DNA of 51,775 nucleotides, taken from the sequence record PP532814.1; one strand, 5' to 3'. The translations under genes were made by a program, and so were the position numbers. Origin of the DNA: Escherichia phage vB_EcoP_06. Shown one piece after another: positions 19,407 through 28,316 of this stretch. Position 1 is the first letter of the stretch. Every line of letters starts with the position of its first letter. A model generated the notes under the pieces. That model saw only the letters and a list, made by a program, of their open reading frames with translations. It ran no database searches and was not told the origin of the DNA.

Positions 19407-19434
19407 ATTCTACGCCTTTCGTGGTACTTGACAA
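19407..19434 (-). promoter_or_regulatory. sigma70-like promoter (TTGTCA-16-TAGAAT) upstream of micropeptide ORF
   Basis: Hexamers read on minus strand, followed by a short leader hairpin and the RBS. Confidence 0.4.
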
Positions 19435-19492
19435 TGAAAGAAAAGTATGGTTATCAGTTGTTTTGTCTGCGTCTGTGAATATATGTAAGCGG

Positions 19493-19520
19493 CAACAAAA
19501 AAGCGCAGCCGTAGCCGCGC
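19493..19520 (-). terminator. rho-independent terminator after lateral tail fibre gene
   Basis: On minus strand AGCGCGGC-TACG-GCTGCGCT followed by TTTTTTG. Confidence 0.65.
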
Positions 19521-19529
19521 TTTCAGGGT

Positions 19530-22121
19530 TTATTGCTTAAACGCTTTAATTAGCGTTTTTAGTTCTTCCATTTCTGCTTTCATCGCCTCCATTTCAGTGC
19601 TCACATACTTAAACGCGCAAGCCATATCAGCAAACATAACGTTAATATCAAGAGCTAGCGTGTCGTCTTTGCGATCTGTTTCAATCTGGTATGCAATGTA
19701 CTCCTCGCCGTTTTCGTCAACCCCGATCACATCCTCAAATACAGGTGAGCCAGGGACTAGCTTAACGTATTGACTATCAACCTTCATCAAGTCTTGAGCT
19801 ATTAAGCCAAAGCGCTGTGTTTCCTGCCCTTTGTACTTAAACATTGCTGGCAACCACTGCATAACACGATCATAGCTTTCCTTTCCATCGGTGTACTTGA
19901 TATCGTACTTAATATCGCGATCCGACGATGGGTTTTTTGCAAAGTCATAGTTTCCACCCCACGGATCATTGCCCCAGGTGTAAATCCCACCCATATGATC
20001 AAAGTTATACGCCCTGTGAAATCTTCCACCACCATTAAGTTTTAGCGCAACGGCAGGCCACGCAGCATTGCCATTTGATATGACACCAAGACCTGTGCGC
20101 ATATGATAACCACCAGTTGACACAGAGCCACCGGAGACAATAGGACTCCAGCCAGCATCATTGTTTGGCACACTGGTAGCAGTAAAAGGAGCGCCCATAT
20201 GATCCCATTCAAGACCCCACGTACCTTGTATACACTGACCATTAAAACCACGCTCGGCAGACATGTAACCGCCGTATTCCGGCACAAAATTAAACATCTT
20301 TGCTGTGCCAGCGCCATTATTAACAACCACTCTTGCGCTTCGCAGGTCTGCACCTCCTCCGCGAATACCCCCTATCTGCCAATATCCGTTATACCAGTTA
20401 CCTTGTAATGTGTTAACCCATCCGTTAGCGCCACCATCACCAGTAATGTTTTCCAACCAAATATCCTTGTTTCCACCTTCGCTTGTTCCAACACCATTTC
20501 GCATTCCCTGCTTTGCAGTAATCCACCCCCCAGAGTAAAGGCCACCACCAGCAATCTCAACATGGTTAAGGCCGGACAATCTTGCATTTTCATCAAATTG
20601 CATGAATGCGTGTTTGTTACCTTCATTATTCGCAGTGTGGAATGTTGTTTTCCATAGCCCAGATTGCTTTTCTGCATATACGCGAGAATAACCGCGAGTA
20701 ACCCCATCACCACCCTTTGCGTGTAAATTTAAGATTCCGCTAACTTCAGCAGCGCCAGCATATTGATGAACAAGATCCAGATCTAAAAATCTAGGGGTTT
20801 GTCGCTCACCCAATCCAAGACTATCTCTAAACAAAAGAACATCACGGATAACATAATCATTGATCGCATAGAATCCAGTGTTAATTAAGCCCATTGATCT
20901 TACTTCCGTGCATTCAGCGGCTGGATCTGTTGCGCCAAACTTAAACACTGTTGCGTTTTCCACTAAACCATCCGGCGCATAATCTGATGTTGGGACAATA
21001 ACATCAACATTGCTTTCACAGTGAATGTTCAAAGGGAATGATCCGCCGCGAACATAAACAGCAAATGCCTTTGTCGTTGCTTTCGCTGGCATCAAGATAG
21101 AATCCATCGTTCTTTCATCTTTCTGATAGACTGTGAAATTCCCATAAACGCTATCAATGCCGTCATTCCATCCAGAAGTGCGAGCATAACCAGCGAATGA
21201 CGCTGAGTTGTAAGGGTAATCTCCAGTTCTATTAGAAGTTGAGATCTGGAAGAAAACGCCCAATCGTTCCATATCGCCAGCGTTCTTTTCCTGGAAGATT
21301 ACAGGGTAATATTTTTCATCCTCCGCACCAGCCGGAGCGTTTACAGTTCTTTCGTATTTCCAGCCCTGATAACCTATAACCGCCTGATGCGCTCTATCAG
21401 CTTCATTTTCGGCGCGGTTTGCTTGCTGCAATGCGTTTGCTGAATGGTTAGCAGCCTGATCACGCGCACTTTCAGCGCTATTCTTAGCATTTACAGCCTG
21501 ATCTTTAAGTGCTGATGTGTCGCTCTTGATCTGGTTCATTTCTGCAACTGCTTGATCTTTAGTTTGGTTTACAGCCAAAACACCTTGATCGCGTGCAGAG
21601 TTAATTTCTGTTAACGCTGAATCTTTAATCTGTTGCGTTTGCTGCATGTAGCCTTTTGCTGATTCAGCATGATTGAAAGATTGACCAGCCCATGATTGCG
21701 CGTTTTGCTCGCTTTGCGCGGCGGCGGCGGCGGCATTTCTCACAGTTTCATCGCGTAAATCAATCAGCTTTTGCAGATCAAAGTTTTTGAAAAACTCGAT
21801 CGCTTCCTCGATCTGCGTTTCTTTGCTTTGGTAGTAGCGCAGCGTTTCAGCAACATCTTGCGCCAGGCCGTCAACAGTTATTGAGTCATGCAGCAAAATA
21901 ATGTAGTTGCTTCTCCCAATTTCAGCGCCGCCAGTTGTGATGGCGCGGATTTGCGTATCGCTGATAACTTCACTGATCACAGCCGCTTGAAAAGGCGCAT
22001 CAATAAAAAAGATTGTTGCACCAGGGCGGATTAATGAAAGTTGCTCTCGCCATTTCGTGTCGTATCCAGTGATATAACCTTGAGCGTCCATTGACGCTTG
22101 TCCGGTTCTGTAAATTGCCAT
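19530..22121 (-). CDS. lateral tail fibre with C-terminal intramolecular chaperone (peptidase S74-like) domain
   Basis: 863 aa from RBS-supported ATG (AGGAGAAAACGC); N-terminal coiled coil; Gly-rich beta region; C-terminal segment resembling the self-cleaving chaperone domain of T5 pb1/endosialidase-type fibres as I recall it; strong terminator after stop. Confidence 0.7.
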   Translation of the reverse strand: MAIYRTGQASMDAQGYITGYDTKWREQLSLIRPGATIFFIDAPFQAAVISEVISDTQIRAITTGGAEIGRSNYIILLHDSITVDGLAQDVAETLRYYQSKETQIEEAIEFFKNFDLQKLIDLRDETVRNAAAAAAQSEQNAQSWAGQSFNHAESAKGYMQQTQQIKDSALTEINSARDQGVLAVNQTKDQAVAEMNQIKSDTSALKDQAVNAKNSAESARDQAANHSANALQQANRAENEADRAHQAVIGYQGWKYERTVNAPAGAEDEKYYPVIFQEKNAGDMERLGVFFQISTSNRTGDYPYNSASFAGYARTSGWNDGIDSVYGNFTVYQKDERTMDSILMPAKATTKAFAVYVRGGSFPLNIHCESNVDVIVPTSDYAPDGLVENATVFKFGATDPAAECTEVRSMGLINTGFYAINDYVIRDVLLFRDSLGLGERQTPRFLDLDLVHQYAGAAEVSGILNLHAKGGDGVTRGYSRVYAEKQSGLWKTTFHTANNEGNKHAFMQFDENARLSGLNHVEIAGGGLYSGGWITAKQGMRNGVGTSEGGNKDIWLENITGDGGANGWVNTLQGNWYNGYWQIGGIRGGGADLRSARVVVNNGAGTAKMFNFVPEYGGYMSAERGFNGQCIQGTWGLEWDHMGAPFTATSVPNNDAGWSPIVSGGSVSTGGYHMRTGLGVISNGNAAWPAVALKLNGGGRFHRAYNFDHMGGIYTWGNDPWGGNYDFAKNPSSDRDIKYDIKYTDGKESYDRVMQWLPAMFKYKGQETQRFGLIAQDLMKVDSQYVKLVPGSPVFEDVIGVDENGEEYIAYQIETDRKDDTLALDINVMFADMACAFKYVSTEMEAMKAEMEELKTLIKAFKQ

Positions 22122-22179
22122 GCGTTTTCTCCTATGTTGCATGTTAATGTCAATGCAGATAATAGCATTTGCTAAGGCC

Positions 22180-22202
22180 AAAAAAAACCCCGCATTGCGG
22201 GG
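22180..22202 (-). terminator. rho-independent terminator after primase gene
   Basis: On minus strand CCCCGCA-ATG-CGGGG followed by TTTTTTTT. Confidence 0.7.
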
Positions 22203-22219
22203 TAAAGTAGCAGTGACAT

Positions 22220-23152
22220 TTAGAGAATTGATTCAGGTTTGAAAACCTTCCTCTCTATCCCTTGCTTGTAATTATCATTAATCGGCATCATAATTTCAAG
22301 CCCTCTTTCCTCGGCAGCAATGATCGCGTCACGATCTGTGCTCTTACAGACAACTCGCATTCTTCTGTTGCCTTTGTACCTGTAAGCTACAATCTCAATG
22401 TTAGTTGCATCAAAGCAGGCCCAAACCTCCTGACCAGTTGCAAGGTGAATATGTTGCGCATCAATCCAGTCAACGCAAAGATAGATCGTCTTATCTGTGC
22501 TACCTGTTTTAACAACAGATCCGCGCGTGTAGTCGCGAGCTAAAAACCAATCCTTTCCATCCTCATCAATGAAAAGCACGTTACACATTTCATCATCAAT
22601 TTCATCTGAATGTACCAGGTAACATGGCAACGCGTGAATGTATCGACCATCTTTAACGCCGCATTCATAATAACCATCTTCAGGAGGGTATATTCCTTCA
22701 TATGTGCTTAACGGCGTGCGATCAAATTTTAGTGTTTTTGACATAACGCGCTCGCAGCATTCATGGCTTGCCTGCTTCCCAAACGAATAACCAGAATCAC
22801 GAGATACTCGCTTATTTGCCTTGATCCTATAGTCCTGCGGAACTTTTCCAAGAAATCGGCCCAAAATATTTATCACTTCGCTGTAAGGTTCTCCGGTTAG
22901 CTTCATGATCCAACCAATTCCGGTATCATTACCGCACACGTTGCAGATCGCACCGCCATCGCCTTTTTTATCGCCAAGTTTATCCGTCCATCTGAAGCGA
23001 TCCTTTCCGCCGCAGTGGGGGCAAGATTGATGCTTGCCGTTAAAAACTTCATTTGGAAGACCGCAAATACTTTGTAGCGCCTCACGCCACAATCCTTGCA
23101 TATATGGGAGAACATCTTCTTTTTGATAAACCATAAAGTTTTCGTTATTCAT
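22220..23152 (-). CDS. DNA primase (zinc-binding, putative TOPRIM)
   Basis: Zn-ribbon motif CPHCGGKDRF ... CNVCG near N-terminus; RBS GAGGTG before ATG at 23152; terminator after stop. Confidence 0.55.
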   Translation of the reverse strand: MNNENFMVYQKEDVLPYMQGLWREALQSICGLPNEVFNGKHQSCPHCGGKDRFRWTDKLGDKKGDGGAICNVCGNDTGIGWIMKLTGEPYSEVINILGRFLGKVPQDYRIKANKRVSRDSGYSFGKQASHECCERVMSKTLKFDRTPLSTYEGIYPPEDGYYECGVKDGRYIHALPCYLVHSDEIDDEMCNVLFIDEDGKDWFLARDYTRGSVVKTGSTDKTIYLCVDWIDAQHIHLATGQEVWACFDATNIEIVAYRYKGNRRMRVVCKSTDRDAIIAAEERGLEIMMPINDNYKQGIERKVFKPESIL

Positions 23153-23207
23153 ATACACCTCAAACAAAAAAGCCTGACAGATGATAACATCATGCCAGGC
23201 ATTGTTT

Positions 23208-23681
23208 TTAGCAATTAGTGCTTTCAGGTTTATACAGGAATCCGCCAGGTTCATAATCTGACATTCTTACCACTCGCAACATTTCACGCTTATCACATCT
23301 CTTTGTGAGCGGTTTTCCATTGGAATCAAATCGCAGATCTGGACGGCAGAATGAAGCGCGATAGCCTTGACAGCCATACTTTTTGTAATCGTTATGCACC
23401 TTTTGAGCGCCAGCGGCTGAAATCATACCGCGAACGCGCCACTGATTTACAGTTTGCTGGCTAACGTTAAGACGCTTTGCCATTGCTGACACGCTGCCGT
23501 AATACTCAATAAGAATGTCAAGCCGTGCTTTTAGTCCGGCGCGCACTTCATCTTTTAAAACATAGTATCCTGTAGGGCGCTTGCGCTTTTTCTTATCTTT
23601 ACCCCGTCGAGTTCCGTTATTGCCATTGATTGTGCGTTTGTCAATCTTACCAGTTGATACTGCGATTCGCTGTTCTTTCAT
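23208..23681 (-). CDS. HTH DNA-binding protein (Cro/YdaS-like), putative transcriptional regulator
   Basis: Helix-turn-helix GSVSAMAKRLNVSQQTVNQW; highly basic N-terminal region; divergent from helicase promoter. Confidence 0.5.
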   Translation of the reverse strand: MKEQRIAVSTGKIDKRTINGNNGTRRGKDKKKRKRPTGYYVLKDEVRAGLKARLDILIEYYGSVSAMAKRLNVSQQTVNQWRVRGMISAAGAQKVHNDYKKYGCQGYRASFCRPDLRFDSNGKPLTKRCDKREMLRVVRMSDYEPGGFLYKPESTNC

Positions 23682-23693
23682 TATTCATTCTCC

Positions 23694-23737
23694 AATAGCA
23701 TTTTTTGTTAAACGATGATTTAATGATTGTGTATTAT
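23694..23737 (+). promoter_or_regulatory. phage promoter box (AATAGCATTTTTTGTTAAAC) + 18 bp + -10 TATTAT, upstream of helicase
   Basis: Member of the conserved 21-bp box family at fixed spacing from a -10-like hexamer. Confidence 0.55.
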
Positions 23738-23770
23738 ACACGCCAAATGGCATTACTCAAAGGTTTTAGA

Positions 23771-25816
23771 ATGATTCCAAACATTGAAAAGCAAATATCA
23801 GCACTTGGTGAAGCGGTAATAAAATCCATTCAGGAGCGATTCACTGTTGGCGAGATTGTGCCTTACCCTTACCAGTGCGTTGCATACGCTGAGATCGCAA
23901 AGCGTATGAAAAATTATGAGCATCCATTCTTTGTTAAAGCGTCCGTATCGGCTGGCAAAACATTGATGTTTGCAATGGTTGCTCACCAGTGCCGGAAAAT
24001 GGGCTTGAAAATGATGGTCCTTGCTCGCCAGGCTGAGATTGTGGATCAGGATTCTGAAGAGATAACAAATCTTGGTGTGCCGAACTCCATCTATTGTGCA
24101 GGACTGAAGACAAAAAGCGCATACTTTCCGATCGTTGTTGGTTCTGAGGGAACTGTAGTTAATGGACTGTTTAAAGCGCTTGGCGACTATGTTCCGCACG
24201 TTATCGGGATCGACGAGTGTCACCAGGTGGATTGGGAAGACCTTGCCGACGCAATAGAGAAAGACGAGTCATTTTTACAAATGACAACTAAGAAAGGCGA
24301 AAAAGTACCAAATCCAGATTATGACATAACAAAGGGAAGCAGGAACAGAAATACAGAGTTCCTGATTGGTGAGGATGGCTTGCCAATGGAGGGAACAGGC
24401 CGCACACAATACACTGTCATTATCATGGAAATGATGCGCCGCTGCCGGAAAACATATGGTCATGAACTGCGCATATTTGGCATGACTGGATCGGAGTTTC
24501 GCGGCGTAGTCCCGATCCTGGTAGAAGACAAAAAACAGAAAGGATTCTGGCGTGAACAGGTTACTAATATTGACACCAACTACCTGATCAAATTCGGTTC
24601 TGTTGTGCCAACAAATTTTGGCGACGTTGGCGATCTAGGGTATGACCTTTCAGAGTTTGAGGCATCCAGTGAGGATGGCGTTGCAGACTTTGACGCTAAA
24701 ACGCTTCGCAGGATGGAACAAAAAATTCATGAAGAAGCGACCATGACAAAGCGCATCATGGCGAAAGTTCACGAGATCTGTAAAAACCGCAACGGCGTAC
24801 TTGTGACATGTGCAGGAGAAAGGCATTGCAAAGAGGCAGCGGCAGCGTTGCCACCTGGAACTACTTACAGGATCATTACTGGTAAGACTGGCGACAACCA
24901 GCGCAAGGAGTGGCTGAAGGAATCATACGAGGGGAAGGTAAAATACATCTTCCAGGTTCAGGCGCTAACAACTGGCGTTAACGTGCCGTTTTGGGATACG
25001 TCGGTTATTCTGCGTAAGATTGGATCGCTAACTTTGCTGATTCAGCTTTTAGGACGCGGAATGCGACTTCTTAAGAAATGGCATAAGGAACAAGGCTTCA
25101 AGAAAGATGATCACCTGGTTATGGATTTTTCAGGAACGATGGACGAGTTAGGTGAGCTTTATTTTGATCCGATACTGGAACAGGCGCAGCACCAGAAGCG
25201 ATTCAGGAACGGTAAAGATCCGAAACCTTGTCCTGTTTGCGGAACTCTTAACAGCTATTACGCTCGTCGTTGTATGCACGTAGACGAAAACGGAAACAGA
25301 TGCGAGTGGTTCTTTAAATTCAGGACATGTTATGATCAGATTGACCCGCGCACTAAAAAGATTATTCAGCGCGGTTGTGGAACGAAAAATGATATTGCGG
25401 CCAGGGTATGCAGACATTGCGACATGTCATTGATTGACCCTAACGAGAAATTAAGCGGAAAGCACTACACAAAAAACGACTGGTTCCAGGTGCAATCTTT
25501 CTCGGTTGACATGACGAAAAACCAGAAAGGGATAATATTTAATTATGAGCTTTCCGATGGCATAGACACTTTCAGAGCGCGTGAAATATTTTTCCCTGAA
25601 TCAGAAAGCCAGATTTGCCGCGCAAAATGGAGAAATGTTGCTCTTAAGCACATACCGGATCGCCGTATTGCTGGCATGGTGGCGAGCTATCGTAATGCAC
25701 GAAAAATAATGCAATATGTGAATCACATTATGCCGCCATCGCGTGTGACTCACCGCAAGACTAGCAAGGGTGAAGATAATTTGTACAAGAAGGACTTTAA
25801 TTATGGCAATGACTGA
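23771..25816 (+). CDS. SF2 DEAD/DEAH-box helicase with C-terminal zinc ribbons
   Basis: Walker A SAGKT, motif II IGIDECHQ, C-terminal CPVCG ... CRHC; RBS-supported ATG at 23771 downstream of a promoter box. Confidence 0.75.
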   Translation: MIPNIEKQISALGEAVIKSIQERFTVGEIVPYPYQCVAYAEIAKRMKNYEHPFFVKASVSAGKTLMFAMVAHQCRKMGLKMMVLARQAEIVDQDSEEITNLGVPNSIYCAGLKTKSAYFPIVVGSEGTVVNGLFKALGDYVPHVIGIDECHQVDWEDLADAIEKDESFLQMTTKKGEKVPNPDYDITKGSRNRNTEFLIGEDGLPMEGTGRTQYTVIIMEMMRRCRKTYGHELRIFGMTGSEFRGVVPILVEDKKQKGFWREQVTNIDTNYLIKFGSVVPTNFGDVGDLGYDLSEFEASSEDGVADFDAKTLRRMEQKIHEEATMTKRIMAKVHEICKNRNGVLVTCAGERHCKEAAAALPPGTTYRIITGKTGDNQRKEWLKESYEGKVKYIFQVQALTTGVNVPFWDTSVILRKIGSLTLLIQLLGRGMRLLKKWHKEQGFKKDDHLVMDFSGTMDELGELYFDPILEQAQHQKRFRNGKDPKPCPVCGTLNSYYARRCMHVDENGNRCEWFFKFRTCYDQIDPRTKKIIQRGCGTKNDIAARVCRHCDMSLIDPNEKLSGKHYTKNDWFQVQSFSVDMTKNQKGIIFNYELSDGIDTFRAREIFFPESESQICRAKWRNVALKHIPDRRIAGMVASYRNARKIMQYVNHIMPPSRVTHRKTSKGEDNLYKKDFNYGND

Positions 25817-26222
25817 TAAAGGCGATTATCTGGAGTTTTACGAAAGAGATCCGACGGATACGCTAAAAGAGGAATCACACCAGATTGGGGCGTTTCAATG
25901 GTTAACTTATGCTCATCCTGAATTGCTGGCATGGCATACGAAAAACGAGGGTGACAAGGGGATCGCCACGGCAATGATGGATCAGCAAGCCGGACTCGTT
26001 AAGGGCGTAAGTGATTTCATCATCCTGATTGGATTAAAAGGCCGTTACCCGTTCGCGGCAATAGAGATGAAGCGCGTAAATAAGTCAGGAAAGGGGAAGG
26101 CTTCACCAGTAAGCAAGGATCAAAAAGCCTTCTTGCGCCGTGTGCGTGAGCTTGGCGGATTCGCTGCCGTAACATACGGATATAAGCAATTCATGATCGC
26201 GGTAGAATACATGATGAAATAG
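25803..26222 (+). CDS. VRR-NUC domain nuclease
   Basis: Motif GLVKGVSDFIIL ... AIEMK matching VRR-NUC D ... E-x-K arrangement; start overlaps helicase stop. Confidence 0.55.
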   Translation: MAMTDKGDYLEFYERDPTDTLKEESHQIGAFQWLTYAHPELLAWHTKNEGDKGIATAMMDQQAGLVKGVSDFIILIGLKGRYPFAAIEMKRVNKSGKGKASPVSKDQKAFLRRVRELGGFAAVTYGYKQFMIAVEYMMK

Positions 26223-26262
26223 CACTTTTTGTTAAAACAGGCGCGAAGGATTGCGCCATAAT
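26218..26262 (+). promoter_or_regulatory. phage promoter box + 18 bp + -10 CATAAT, upstream of dam
   Basis: AATAGCACTTTTTGTTAAAAC, GC-rich palindromic spacer, CATAAT. Confidence 0.55.
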
Positions 26263-26296
26263 AACACCAGTTCAACAAGCAACAGGTAATTAAGAA

Positions 26297-26998
26297 ATGA
26301 GCAAAGAAACCGAAGTGACATTTGAACAAATAGAACGCGAAACATTCATTGGCAATGCTCTTGCTACTGGTGGTCATTACCAGGCTGTTAAACCAAATCA
26401 ATATTTCAAAGTGACTGGCAACCGCTATAACGGAAGCAATACGCCGGACATTGTGCGCGATTTGTGGTCTACGCCGTCTGAGCTTGTCGAATGGATGGAG
26501 AGCGAATACGGTGATTATGACATCGACGCGGCGGCAAGCAAAGAAAATGCTGTATGTGAAAAATTCTACAGCAAGGAAACAAATTGCTTAAAGCGTTGGT
26601 GGGGTAGTAATAAGCATATATGGCTGAATCCACCGTATAGCAATATTACGCCATTTGTTAAGAAGGCGATTGAGCAAATGGAGCACAACAACCAGATCGA
26701 CATTCTGTTACCTTGCGACACATCAACAGGATGGTTTTATGAGGCGCAACAGCACGCAGCGGAAATAATCTGGATCACTGGAGAAGTTTACCAAGAGGAC
26801 GGAACAGAATATTCCCGTACCGGACGCCTGGCGTTCACTTCAGCGCTTACAGGCAAACCAGTGCAGGGTAACAATAAAGGAAGCGTTATTTTCATCATGC
26901 GCGAACTTAAAGAAGGCGAGCAGCAGAAAACGCGATACGTTAAGATCAGCGACATTTGCCCTTCAGTGGCAGAGCGTCGCGCACGGAAACGGAGCTAA
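26297..26998 (+). CDS. dam: DNA N6-adenine methyltransferase (phage Dam family)
   Basis: Motifs DIDAAAS and WLNPPYS (DPPY-type catalytic motif); promoter box upstream. Confidence 0.75.
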   Translation: MSKETEVTFEQIERETFIGNALATGGHYQAVKPNQYFKVTGNRYNGSNTPDIVRDLWSTPSELVEWMESEYGDYDIDAAASKENAVCEKFYSKETNCLKRWWGSNKHIWLNPPYSNITPFVKKAIEQMEHNNQIDILLPCDTSTGWFYEAQQHAAEIIWITGEVYQEDGTEYSRTGRLAFTSALTGKPVQGNNKGSVIFIMRELKEGEQQKTRYVKISDICPSVAERRARKRS

Positions 26999-27002
26999 AA
27001 CC

Positions 27003-27233
27003 ATGCAGAAAGAAAGAAGAGTTTTACTTAATGAAGATGGCGAATTTCTTTTGTATCGCGCTATGGTATGCGATGCACTTGATAAAAACCCTAACGTGAA
27101 AAAGATGATTGATTGCGATCCGTGGGAATTTTCAAGCGCATTAGATATGAGCTTTGAGGAGACAAAAAAACTCCCGCTTGAAAAATGGCACGAACAAATC
27201 AGAAATGACATGCAAGAATTTGTCGATTCCTAG
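27003..27233 (+). CDS. hypothetical protein (76 aa)
   Basis: ORF directly after dam. Confidence 0.4.
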   Translation: MQKERRVLLNEDGEFLLYRAMVCDALDKNPNVKKMIDCDPWEFSSALDMSFEETKKLPLEKWHEQIRNDMQEFVDS

Positions 27234-27258
27234 AATTTTCAGAACGGAATGATCCAAT

Positions 27259-27303
27259 AATAGCACTTTTTGTTAAAACGCCCGACCTTGTGTCGGGCAT
27301 AAT
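27259..27303 (+). promoter_or_regulatory. phage promoter box + 18 bp + -10 CATAAT
   Basis: AATAGCACTTTTTGTTAAAAC, spacer GCCCGACCTTGTGTCGGG (hairpin-forming), CATAAT. Confidence 0.55.
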
Positions 27304-27335
27304 TATTTCAACGAAACAAACATGAGGAAATAAAA

Positions 27336-27515
27336 ATGGTAGTATACAGCAAGAAAGCATTTGACCAGGCGCAACAAACCGCACGCGAGGCGGTAAAAGG
27401 TGGAATGAAAAACAATATGCAGCTTGATTGGGGCGCGGCAATGATTCTACTTCGCGTTGCATATGGTCACTACCCATTAGAATTTGCGGAGGCATATTAT
27501 AAGCATGAAGGTTGA
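27336..27515 (+). CDS. hypothetical small protein (59 aa), not in ORF track
   Basis: ATG with RBS GAGGAAATAAAA, directly downstream of promoter box and -10 CATAAT. Confidence 0.45.
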   Translation: MVVYSKKAFDQAQQTAREAVKGGMKNNMQLDWGAAMILLRVAYGHYPLEFAEAYYKHEG

Positions 27516-27747
27516 ACAAGGTAGGCAGGCTGTATGGGATCACGCAAAGGAATGCGGGATCGCAGAAGACATAGCCAGGATAGCGAAATATTTTGATATT
27601 GCTGACATAAGCATTATCAGCGGCGACAAAATGACATTTCTCAATGAACGACCGCGCAAGATGCATCGCGTACCAGCAATACCAACAAAGATTGATTTCA
27701 AAGAGGCTATGGCGAAAATTCGCGAGCCGCGCAAATACTACAAATGA
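27505..27747 (+). CDS. hypothetical protein (80 aa)
   Basis: ATG at 27505 overlapping previous ORF end; track ORF starts at an upstream TTG. Confidence 0.4.
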   Translation: MKVEQGRQAVWDHAKECGIAEDIARIAKYFDIADISIISGDKMTFLNERPRKMHRVPAIPTKIDFKEAMAKIREPRKYYK

Positions 27748-27837
27748 GGATTATTATCATGTGGCGTTTGTTACTTTTGCCCTTACCTGTTATGATGGCG
27801 ATCTCTATTGTATATGTTGTCATAATGAGAGCGTGAC

Positions 27838-28308
27838 ATGTGGAGTAAAATATTAAAATACGAAAATGGAATTTTAATCTGGAAGATTAAAACAAGAAAA
27901 GTGAATCTTGGAGATGTTGCTGGATGCAAAAATAGCAGGGGATATATAGTTTTTAACTATAAAGGGAAACAATATAGAGCGCACCGTGTTATTTGGCAAA
28001 TTCACAACGGAGATATTCCGTCAAACATGGAGATTGATCACATAAACCATGACAAAACTGACAACAGGATCGAAAATCTTAGGCTTGTTGATAGAACAGA
28101 AAACGGACGCAATCAGTCAAGGAGAAATGACAATTCCAGTGGTTTTTGCGGTGTTCATTGGCACAAACCATTATCAAAATGGTGTGCAAGAATTAGGGTG
28201 AGTGGTAAACTTGTGCATCTTGGATATTTTGATAAACTTGATGATGCAAAAATCGCAAGGATTGAAGCCAATAAAAAGTTTAACTTTCACAAAAATCACG
28301 GGAGATAA
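27838..28308 (+). CDS. HNH homing endonuclease with AP2 DNA-binding domain
   Basis: Classic HNH motif EIDHINHDKTDNRIENLRLVDRTENGRN followed by AP2-like GFCGVHWHKPLSKWCARIRVSGKLVHLGYFD; strongly AT-rich gene. Confidence 0.8.
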   Translation: MWSKILKYENGILIWKIKTRKVNLGDVAGCKNSRGYIVFNYKGKQYRAHRVIWQIHNGDIPSNMEIDHINHDKTDNRIENLRLVDRTENGRNQSRRNDNSSGFCGVHWHKPLSKWCARIRVSGKLVHLGYFDKLDDAKIARIEANKKFNFHKNHGR

Positions 28309-28316
28309 TAATTGCA

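Noticed and set aside
22122-22179. Additional promoter box between the primase terminator and the tail fibre start
   Set aside because: Only a partial match (AATAGCATTTGCTAAGGCC) with no correctly spaced -10; too degenerate to call
23208-23681. Cro-like HTH protein as evidence of a lysogeny switch
   Set aside because: No integrase, excisionase or CI-like repressor anywhere in the genome; the protein more likely regulates lytic transcription
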